Source: Promethearchaeia archaeon (GTDB lineage: Archaea; Asgardarchaeota; Lokiarchaeia; Sigyniarchaeales; SOKP01). Taken from it: a stretch of DNA of 64,000 bases. The translations under genes were made by a program, and so were the position numbers. Below are positions 50,358-60,000 of the stretch, piece after piece. The stretch's first letter is position 1, and every line of letters begins with the position of its first letter. The notes under the pieces were generated by a model. The model ran no database searches. It had not been told where the DNA came from and was given only the letters and a program-made list of their open reading frames with translations. Where the stretch lies: NCBI GenBank assembly GCA_029856045.1, contig JAHQWG010000050.1:29471-93470 (forward strand). Reading direction: 5' to 3'.

Positions 50358-51596
50358 ATGAACAATTTAGAAAGTAAAAATGGAAAGGGATATTTCCAAC
50401 ATGCAATGGAAAAGAAAGTGAATGAGATAGATTACAGTAGAAATGTGTTGAAATTTTATTTATTTAATCTTTTCATTAGCATGCACACAGTCAGCGGAGT
50501 GTTAGTTCCCTTTTTTATGCAATGGGGTCAAATAACATTTGTAGAAATTATGTTTTTGCAGAGTTATTTCATGTTCATGATATTTGTATTTGAAGTTCCA
50601 AGTGGTGCAATTGCAGATTTTTTGGGACGTAAGCTCGCTATGATATTATCGGCTCTTGTGACTGCATTGGCTACATTGGTTTATTCGAGTATTCCAAATA
50701 TATTCATTTTTGCAATTGGAGAGACTCTTTGGGCATTAGGAGCAGCTTTGTCTTCTGGCGCAAATGAAGCTTTTATATATGATACATTGAAGAAAATAAA
50801 TAAAAAGGAAAGATTTTCTAAGATCTGGGGTCGAGCAAATAGCATGTCGATAATTGGAATAATGATCAGTGGTCCAATTGGTTCGATGATTGCAGAATAT
50901 ATTTCATTGCAATTAACTATGACATTTTGCTTTTTCCCAATGATGATGGCTGCGATAGTGTCATTTACTTTCAAGGAACCTAACTCCGACTTGGCGAAAG
51001 AATCAAAGAGATACTTAAATATATTAAAAGAAGGTTTTGTGCAATTAAGAAAAAATAAGATTATAAAATTATTAGCTATTGACATGATTTCAGTTAATGT
51101 ATTAGCATTCTTCATAATTTGGACTTATCAATTATATTTAGAAGCGCTTAATGTACCTATGGTTTATTTCGGTTTCATATTGGCTATGATGACATTTACA
51201 GAGATGGTTTTTTTTAACCTTGTTCCAAAATTCATGAAATGGTTCAAGAAAGGTAAGAGATACTTAACATTTAGCACAATGATAACAGGTATTGCATTTA
51301 TTTTTATGAGTTTCACGATGATAGTCCCTATAAGTATAATTTTAATTATGATCATTATGGGTTTCGGATTTTCGCGGCGATTAATTTTTGCAGAAGGAAT
51401 CAACAAAGAGATTGAATCAGAGAACAGAGCTACAGTTTTAAGCGCAATAAGTATGCTCGGCGGAATTATACAAGCTATAATGAATCCATTTATTGGAATC
51501 ATGGCGACTTGGAATTTATATACGGTATTCATATTTTTAGGAACGACAATAATAGTGATTGCCTTTCTAACACCTATTAAGAATAAACATCTTTGA
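50358..51596 (+). CDS. MFS transporter
   Basis: FEVPSGAIADFLGRK, SGANEAFIYD and RATVLS motifs; about 12 TM. Confidence 0.92.
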   Translation: MNNLESKNGKGYFQHAMEKKVNEIDYSRNVLKFYLFNLFISMHTVSGVLVPFFMQWGQITFVEIMFLQSYFMFMIFVFEVPSGAIADFLGRKLAMILSALVTALATLVYSSIPNIFIFAIGETLWALGAALSSGANEAFIYDTLKKINKKERFSKIWGRANSMSIIGIMISGPIGSMIAEYISLQLTMTFCFFPMMMAAIVSFTFKEPNSDLAKESKRYLNILKEGFVQLRKNKIIKLLAIDMISVNVLAFFIIWTYQLYLEALNVPMVYFGFILAMMTFTEMVFFNLVPKFMKWFKKGKRYLTFSTMITGIAFIFMSFTMIVPISIILIMIIMGFGFSRRLIFAEGINKEIESENRATVLSAISMLGGIIQAIMNPFIGIMATWNLYTVFIFLGTTIIVIAFLTPIKNKHL

Positions 51597-51639
51597 TGTT
51601 TTTTATCTCAAAATAAAAAGTAGGTGTTATAGAACAACC

Positions 51640-51808
51640 AATTTGGAAAAAAATAATAGAACAGAGGATTTCCAACAAGCAACGGAATATAAAGCAATGG
51701 TGATAGATTACAGTAGAAATACGCTGAAATTATTTTTATTTTATTTTTTTATATATTTACACGTTTCTATTGGAGTATTAGTTCCCTTTTACCTGGATTA
51801 AGGTCAAA
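51640..51808 (+). pseudogene. degenerate 5' remnant of a second MFS copy
   Basis: gatagattacagtagaaat...ttagttcccttt...ggtcaaat matches the 5' part of 50358-51596. Confidence 0.75.
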
Positions 51809-52130
51809 TTAAGGTTAGAAAAACTTTATTTGGCGAGGATATGGGATTTTTAAACAAATGGGCAAGGAAAAGGGAATATATTAAAAAGAAACAGGAAATA
51901 AGTTAACTGATAAACCGCTTAAAATTTTAGAATCATAGAGTTTTGATAAATCTCGAATGAATATTTACATACTAGAAATTAAACTAATATTTAAATGCAA
52001 AATAGAATGTCCGGAAATGTAGTAGAAATCACAAAAAAAACATAATTTATTATTTCATTTTTCAATAAAAATTCTCCTAATAATTGAGCTAAAATCACAC
52101 TCTATTATTATTCGATAATGAACATATCAT

Positions 52131-52259
52131 CTATTCTTCTTCATCGTCCCATTCTTCTTCGTGCTCTTCTTCATCTTCATCATAATCAGGCCAATCTTCA
52201 TCTTCATCTTCTTCTTCTTTTTTCTTCCTTTTTGGGCCATAACCACTATTTTCATCCAT
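52131..52259 (-). CDS. 42-aa acidic peptide MDENSGYGPKRKKKEEEDEDEDWPDYDEDEEEHEEEWDDEEE
   Basis: Read manually; SD AAGGTGA a few nt upstream of the ATG. Confidence 0.75.
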   Translation of the reverse strand: MDENSGYGPKRKKKEEEDEDEDWPDYDEDEEEHEEEWDDEEE

Positions 52260-52576
52260 TTATTTATCACCTTATATTCTGTTATTGATATATGATATTT
52301 TTTTATGATAAACGATTGAAGTAATAACAGCTTTTGTTTATAAACTTACCGATTTTTGATGATATATTTCTAAAAATTACATCTTAGAAAAAATTTGATA
52401 TTTTTAAATGTATTAAAAACTCAGAATAAACATAGTATAATAGTAGATTAATTACATTAACTCATATGATTATTGACTAAAAAATTTTTAAATACATCAT
52501 ATTAAAAAAAAAATTATTAAAATTAACTTTTAAAATCATATTTGAAATTTCTATTAATTAATACAGTAAATTTTCA

Positions 52577-52830
52577 ATGGAGATCTCAGAAATTTTTAGT
52601 GAATTAAGTTATCATTATGATGATATTAGCGATTTATGGTATGAATGGTTATTTTCTAGAATTTATTATATTATTGCAAAAGAAGTAAAAAATAAATTCC
52701 AATCAAAAGAAGTGCTAGATATTGGCTGTGGGACTGGGTTTCAATCATTTTTTTAATCAGCAAGTGGAGCAAAAGTTCTAGGAGTGGATATTGCAAAACG
52801 TATCCTTGAAGTAGCAAATAAGAAATCTTT
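52577..52830 (+). pseudogene. class I methyltransferase fragment with in-frame TAA
   Basis: VLDIGCGTG, TAA at 52754, then SASGAKVLGVDIA; no C-terminal half. Confidence 0.75.
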
Positions 52831-53036
52831 ATTCACTCATTTTTTTCAAAATATGAAATATAAGATTAACTTTTTTATTTTGGATTTCCATATAAAATTA
52901 TATATTTTTACTTTTAATAAATTAGGAAATATATGATAGTTAAGAATATTAGATTATCTCAAGGTTGCACGGCAGTCTTGCGTTTTATTTCAATAAAAAT
53001 GGAGTATTGAGAGTATAGAGAAGTTGAAAACAATAA

Positions 53037-54032
53037 ATGAAAAACATTGTTATTCTTTTTTATGATAAGACAAACAAAATTAAAATTTATGATTTTGAAT
53101 TACCTATAGATGGTTATACTAATTTTAATGATTTTCAAAATGAATTAAATCATTTAAGAGATAAATATAATTTTCTGATGATAGAGGACCACAGTGAGAG
53201 TATCGATTATTTTTTCCAAAAAAAGGATAAAATCGATTTAGTCGTTAATTTTGCAGATAATGGATATGAAAACGATTTCTCAAAGAATGCATTTTTTATA
53301 GATTTATTTAACCATTTAGGCATAAAATATACAGGTAGGCAAGCGAATAATGTAGAATTCTTTGAAAGAAAAGATCTAATGTTATATTTATTCGATTATA
53401 TTGGAATTAATTATCCAAATACCGTCATATATTATCCGGGAATAAATTTAAGGTTTTTAAAACAAAAAATTAACACCTTGAGATTTCCTGCAATCGTTAA
53501 AACGGGGATATCTGGTGATTCATTACTTTTAGATGAAAATAGCATTTGTAATTCGTTTAAAAAGGTTATAGATAGAATTGAATATATTGAGAAGAGTTTA
53601 GGTGAAAAAAACGTCGTTCTTGTTCAAGAATTCATTGAAAAAGCGAGGGAATATACAACTTTGGTAATTGGTAATCACGAATGTAGTGATGTGAAAGCAT
53701 TTACTATCCTAGTAACTCCCATAAAATTTTACGATTTCGAGCAAAAAAATTATAGTGCTGCTCCAGTAGAGGATTATTACCATAGATGTGATATCGAAAA
53801 TACTGATTTATTAAAAAACATTGAGAATAAATTAATTTATTTAAAAAAAATTACAGACTGCAAGGATTATGTGAGATTTGATTGGCTACTTGATCAAGAT
53901 AATAAGTTTTATTTACTTGATTTAAACGCCAATCCCTCCTTTGATTCGACAGTTTTTAGATTATATAAAGAATTTTATTCAATAGAGGGAAGCATAATAG
54001 GACATATTATAAATTCTGCTTTAAAAAGATAA
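53037..54032 (+). CDS. ATP-grasp ligase (Ddl-like)
   Basis: FPAIVK, VLVQEFIE, CKDYVRFDW and LDLNANP motifs. Confidence 0.85.
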   Translation: MKNIVILFYDKTNKIKIYDFELPIDGYTNFNDFQNELNHLRDKYNFLMIEDHSESIDYFFQKKDKIDLVVNFADNGYENDFSKNAFFIDLFNHLGIKYTGRQANNVEFFERKDLMLYLFDYIGINYPNTVIYYPGINLRFLKQKINTLRFPAIVKTGISGDSLLLDENSICNSFKKVIDRIEYIEKSLGEKNVVLVQEFIEKAREYTTLVIGNHECSDVKAFTILVTPIKFYDFEQKNYSAAPVEDYYHRCDIENTDLLKNIENKLIYLKKITDCKDYVRFDWLLDQDNKFYLLDLNANPSFDSTVFRLYKEFYSIEGSIIGHIINSALKR

Positions 54033-54400
54033 TTTTATTTTTAACTTTGAAAATTTTTAGTCAAAGTAGCGCCGAAATTAATTTCACAATGAAGATTGAA
54101 ATTTTTACCTTTATTGGGTTTTTCCGTTTATATCGGGCGTCTATTTACTTTTAATTGATTAATAATCCTTATCCAAAATATAATAATTTTAATAGGACTA
54201 CTAATTTTCTATCAATTAAGATCAAAAATCGAAACTAAAGTATTAAGCAATATTTAAAGTTAAGAAAATTTTAATTAATTTTTACTAGGTTATTTGGTTG
54301 TAAGTGCAGTATTAAAGAATAAACGATAACCTTAAATAGTAATGAAATTGTTTTAATTTCAATAAAAATAATATATTTCCTTATTGGGAATATAAAGTCA

Positions 54401-56344
54401 ATGAATAGTATACAATCCAAAAGTAAAAAAAATTCCCACCACAAATGGTTTAATAATAGGAAATACGCCTCACTAGGACCTGTAGAAAATCTTGAACAAT
54501 ATGTACGCTCTGATTGGTGGAAACGAATTTTCAATTCGCTTTATTTGAAGACAGATGGTGATGTTGTAAATGATCAAAAAATTACTGCGCAAGAAGTTAC
54601 TCTATTTTTAAAAATTTTAGAATTAAATCCAAACGAGAATATTCTCGATCTTTGTTGCGGACAAGGGCGTCACACAATAGAATTAAACAGAAGAGGATTT
54701 AAAAATGTTTTTGGACTTGATCAATCTTCTTACTTGATCCAAAAAGCCCGAACGGTCGTAAAAAAAGAGCACTTACCTGCTAAATTCAAGGAGGGCGACG
54801 CACGAAAATTGCCATATCCCACAGATATGTTTGATGTTGTCATGATATTAGGTAATAGCTTTGGATATTTCGAGTCAATAAAAGATGATTCAAAAGTATT
54901 AAAAGAAGTCTTAAGGGTACTGAACCCTTTGGGTAAAATCTTTTTAGATTTAGCTGATGGAGAGTATTTAAAGAAATATTTTCAGAAGCGTTCATGGGAA
55001 TGGGTAGATACAAAATATTTTGTTTGCCGAGAACGTTCTCTCTCACAAGATCAACAACGCTTAATATCCCGTGAGGTTATTACGGATGCAGAAAAGGGGG
55101 TAATAGCAGATCAATTTTATGCAGAACGTTTATATAACAAAGAACAAATAAAAGAATTATTAAAGTTAGTAGGTTTTAAAAAGATTCAATTTCACGGTGA
55201 AATTACCCCTAATTCTCAACGAAATCAAGATTTGGGAATGATGAAGCGTCGGATACTTGTTTCTGCAGTGGTAGAAAAAGAATGGAGTGAAGTAAAACTA
55301 AAAAAAAAGAAACAAATTCGAAATGTAGTGGTTATTCTAGGGGATCCAAAAAAGTCTGACATCATTAAACCAAATTCTAAGTTTGATGATGATGATTTTT
55401 ATACAATTGATAAACTGAAATCATCTTTGAGAGATTTAATAAATTATCGTTTTATATATCTTGATAATCATGACAGCCTTATTCTTGAATTGACTAATCT
55501 TAAAAATAAGATTGATTTTGTGTTTAACTTATGTGATGAAGGTTATATTAATGATGCCCGAAAAGAACTCCACATTCCTGCCTTGCTAGAAATACTTGGA
55601 CTTCCATATACAGGTGCAGGTCCTCAATGCTTGGCGTTTTGTTATGATAAATCACTTGTGCGAGGTATTGCTAAAGAAATGGGGATCCCTGTTGCTGAGG
55701 GTATCTATATTAAACAAGAAGATATTAAATATGATCTTGGGTTTGATTTTCCGGTCATTGTAAAACCCAATTTTGGAGACTCTAGCTTTGGAATTACAAA
55801 AAACAGCGTCGCTAGAAGTAGTGAAGATTTAATCAATGCAATAACAGAAATTAGGGAGAAATTCGGTTATGATAAACCAATTTTAATTGAAGAATTTCTT
55901 ACTGGAAATGATATATCTGTGGGAATTATAGGAAATCCCCCTGATTATTACCAAGTATCTATTATTGAAGAAGATTATTCCTCACTTCCAGAAGATTTAC
56001 CGAAAATTTGTGGTTATGAAGCTAAATGGTTATCTGACTCAGTCTATAGGAAAATCACATCGATTCCAGCTCAAATCGATGATGAAATAAAAAATTATAT
56101 CATTGATAGCTGTTTAAAATTATTTAAACGACTCGAGTGTAGGGATTACTGCAGATTTGACTGGCGTTTAGATTCAAAAGGTATTCCTAAATTACTGGAG
56201 ATAAACCCAAATCCAGGATGGTGTTGGGACGGACATCTCGCAAAAATGTCAGAAATTGAAGGAATATCATATAAAGACATGTTATTTGCTATTTTACAGG
56301 CTACTGAAAAACGTATCGGATTGCAACTCGTAAATGGAGCTTAA
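54401..56344 (+). CDS. fusion of SAM methyltransferase and Ddl-like ATP-grasp ligase
   Basis: N-terminal LDLCCGQGRH and LGNSFGYF; C-terminal FPVIVKPN.GDSS.GI, CRDYCRFDW and LEINPNP. Confidence 0.9.
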   Translation: MNSIQSKSKKNSHHKWFNNRKYASLGPVENLEQYVRSDWWKRIFNSLYLKTDGDVVNDQKITAQEVTLFLKILELNPNENILDLCCGQGRHTIELNRRGFKNVFGLDQSSYLIQKARTVVKKEHLPAKFKEGDARKLPYPTDMFDVVMILGNSFGYFESIKDDSKVLKEVLRVLNPLGKIFLDLADGEYLKKYFQKRSWEWVDTKYFVCRERSLSQDQQRLISREVITDAEKGVIADQFYAERLYNKEQIKELLKLVGFKKIQFHGEITPNSQRNQDLGMMKRRILVSAVVEKEWSEVKLKKKKQIRNVVVILGDPKKSDIIKPNSKFDDDDFYTIDKLKSSLRDLINYRFIYLDNHDSLILELTNLKNKIDFVFNLCDEGYINDARKELHIPALLEILGLPYTGAGPQCLAFCYDKSLVRGIAKEMGIPVAEGIYIKQEDIKYDLGFDFPVIVKPNFGDSSFGITKNSVARSSEDLINAITEIREKFGYDKPILIEEFLTGNDISVGIIGNPPDYYQVSIIEEDYSSLPEDLPKICGYEAKWLSDSVYRKITSIPAQIDDEIKNYIIDSCLKLFKRLECRDYCRFDWRLDSKGIPKLLEINPNPGWCWDGHLAKMSEIEGISYKDMLFAILQATEKRIGLQLVNGA

Positions 56345-56364
56345 AGTATAAAAGAATTAACCGG

Positions 56365-56407
56365 AAAAAACCGACTTCTATAATAAAATATTTTTTGTCG
56401 TTTTTTT
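56365..56407 (+). terminator. hairpin plus T-tract downstream of the fusion gene
   Basis: aaaaaaccgac...gtcgttttttt. Confidence 0.45.
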
Positions 56408-56534
56408 AATAAAACACTTATATTATGAGGATATTTTTAGTTGATAATAATATAAAAAATCAATTACAAAATCCCAAATCTCAATGGTCCCCAAGGTTAA
56501 ATTATATGCCTTTTATTGAATTAAACTTATATTC

Positions 56535-56825
56535 ATGAGCTTTACGACGTTTGTCCCAATAAGTATAATTTTTATTATGATCATTATGGGGTTCGGGTTT
56601 TCGCGACGATTAATTTTTACAGATGGAATCAACAAACAGATTGAATCAGAGAACAGAGCTATATTTTTAAGCGCAATTAGTATGCTCGGCGGAATTTTAC
56701 AAGCTATAATGAACCCATTTATTGGAATCATGGCAACATGGAATTTATATGCGGTATTCTTATTTTTGGGAACAATAATAATAATTTTTGCCTTCATAAC
56801 TCCTGTTAAGAATAAATATCTTTAA
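56535..56825 (+). pseudogene. 3' remnant of the second MFS copy
   Basis: Highly similar to the last 96 codons of 50358-51596. Confidence 0.9.
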
Positions 56826-57031
56826 TATCCTAATTAATACATAGCTTGGGGCTATTAAATACCATAAATTTTGAAAAAAATCATTATTGCATGGATATTC
56901 TTTAAAAATAACCAATTTCTGAATAAATTATAAAATAAGATTAAAATCCATATTGATCAACAGAAACATATAAATACAAGAAAAATCAATTAATTTTTTG
57001 TCTTTTTAAAAATTTTTTACGAAAATCCAAG

Positions 57032-60000
57032 GTGAAAAAGATTATAAATAGAAATTATAAATTAATTACTTTAGGAGCGATTTTACTCTTTTTAGCTTGT
57101 GCTTTTTTAGTTATTATACCAAACAATGTTAAATTAACTGATACATCAAATATTGTTATAAATGATGAGCAAATTCTTACGGCAGATGAAGATACTTTTT
57201 TAATATACGGAAAATGCTATGGACCTGGAGAGTTAGATCCGCACAATGCTTGGGATACGGGTTCGTTTGATGTAATTGATCAAGTTGTTGAGACCTTACT
57301 TGCTTATAACTTATCAGATCCAGAATTATCAATAATACCAAGATTAGCATCCTCAATGGGTACATGGTCTCCAGATAACTTAAATTATATGATCACACTT
57401 GGATCAGGAGTAATGTTCCACGATGGAACAATATTTAATGCAACAGCTGTTAGATGGAACTTTGATAGGTTAGCTTATTTCATGAATGTATCAGGTACTC
57501 TGCCAGAAGAAACACGAATCTGTTCAATTGATGAATTATATCGTTGGAATGATGGAACTCCAATAATTAATAGAACTGAGATTATTAATGCTAATACAAT
57601 AAATTTTGTGTTAAATCGACCTTTTGGAGCATTCGAGGCTTTATTGTGTTTTACTGGATCAGGTATCATGTCACCAAATTCTACACCCACAACTGAATAT
57701 ATTGATTTTGCAACCGGAGATTTAATAGGAACAGGTCCATTTGTATATGATGAGTACATTCCAAATATTGAATTAAATTTCCACGCTTTTGAGAATTACT
57801 GGGCAGGTGTAGTCAATATTACATATTTAAAATTTTCAATCATAACGGATGCGAATAAGAGAAATCAAGCATTATTATCAGGAGAAATAGATATTTTAGA
57901 TGAACCCTTACCCTCATTTTTAGATATTTTTGAGATAGATCCAAATATTATTGTAAAAAGTAGCCCAAGTACAATTATGAGATATCTTGGAATGAATAAC
58001 AAGCAAATAAACAAAACAAAAAGACAAGCAATCTCATATGCGATTAATTATAGTTATATTATCGACGTGATTTTAGACAGTCCAGCGGCAAGATTGAAAT
58101 CACCTATTCCTAATGGTATTAGATATGCTAACGATTCATTTAATGTTGCTACATTAAATCTCACAAAAGCAAGAAACCTTATGCAAGGTATGGGTTTTGG
58201 AATTGGATTTAACATCTCTGATGATGCAGAATGGATAACTGTTGCAGAGGGACTAACACCATTTGAAACATATAATTATACATATAATATCGGAAACCGA
58301 GTTCGAGAAGAAATATTTGTTTTATTACAAGATAATCTAAAAAAAATTGGAATCGAAGTGACAGATGCAGGAATGAGTTGGCCATATTTCCTTTTTAGAT
58401 GTTTCGAATTTGGCGGATTTCACAGAGATATGTTGCAACTCTACTTCCTTCATTGGATGCCGGATTATAATGATCCAAGTAATTATATTAATACAATGAT
58501 GACCAATAGAACTGTTGCAGGAAATGGATGTCAAATTAATGATTATTATTTACAAGATTTGATGGAGAAGGGGCTCCAAGAAACCAATCCAGTTATTAGA
58601 AAAGGGATGTACGAAGAAATACAGAGATATTGTGTTGAAGATTTAATGCCTTGGGCATTTGGTTATGTAGCATTTAATTATGCTGTGTATAATATCAATA
58701 TCACAGGATATCAACCTAATCCAATGGGAAAAGTGTGGTTCTACGGAGTATCAGGAGGTAGACTTGAGCCTTTTATAGATAATATAGATCCCATAATAGA
58801 AATTACATATAGTAATTCAAACACTACATATGGGAATGGTTCAATTTATATTGAAGCCAATGTGACTGATGATGTACAATTACAGTTGCCTGTTTATATT
58901 GGATTTTATTATCCAAACGGAACACTTTTAAGTATGGAAAATATGATATGGGGAGGAGGAGATACATACAATTTTAATTGGAGTGTAAATTTTTACCCAG
59001 TAGATAGTCTCTATTACTTTACGATTTATGCAAATGATACTTCGAATAATATGGCATTCAAAACGAGGTATTTCAGCATAACTGGTCCCATACAAGATAC
59101 AACAAATCCTGCAATAACAATTACTTATTATGATGAAGAAGCGGAGTATGGAACTGATAATATATCTGTAACAGCAAATATTATTGATAATATAATGATT
59201 CAAGAACCTGTTGTTATTAAATTCTATAATCCAAATGGAACACTTTTAAGTATGGATTGTATGATTTGGGTAGGAGGAGATACTTACTACTTTAATTGGA
59301 ATGTGAATTCTTACCCAGTAGATAATCTCTATTACTTTACGATTTATGCAAATGATACTTCGAATAATATGGCTTCTGAAACAAGGTATTTCAGCATAAC
59401 TGGTCCCATACAAGATACAACAAATCCTGTAATAACAATTACTTATTATGATGAAGAAGCGGAGTATGGAACTGATAATATATCTGTAACAGCAAATATT
59501 ATTGATAATATAATGATTCAAGAACCTGTTGTTATTAAATTCTATAATCCAAATGGAACACTTTTAAGTATGGATTGTATGATTTGGGTAGGAGGAGATA
59601 CTTACTACTTTAATTGGAATGTGAATTCTTACCCAGTAGATAATCTCTATTACTTTACGATTTATGCAAATGATACTTCGAATAATATGGCTTCGGAAAC
59701 AAGATATTTCAATATCTCCGAGATTATACCGAGCCCAACATTTTGGGTTCTTTCACCATTTATTATTAATGATGATGGAACTGGAGATTATACATGGATG
59801 GAAGTTGCAAATGAAGAGTGGTGTAGTGGTTCTGGGACTTGGAATGACCCTTATATTATTAAAAACCTTATCATTAATGGTAATGGAGAATCTAGTTGTA
59901 TCGAGATAAAAAATTCCAATGTTTATTTCCAGATCGAAAATTGTACAGTATATAATTCGTGGGGTGGAAGTTGGCCAAATTTCGGAGCGGGAATTAAATT

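Noticed and set aside
52217-52236. PKRKKK as a nuclear localisation signal
   Set aside because: The organism is a prokaryote, and short basic tracts are common in A-rich coding sequence.
54063-54150. Possible Lokiarchaeal SECIS (contains ATGA)
   Set aside because: I saw no in-frame TGA selenoprotein candidate nearby, and the geometry does not fit a simple SECIS stem.
53037-56344. Peptidoglycan D-Ala-D-Ala synthesis
   Set aside because: No mur genes in the window; the N-terminal domains diverge from canonical Ddl; archaeal context.
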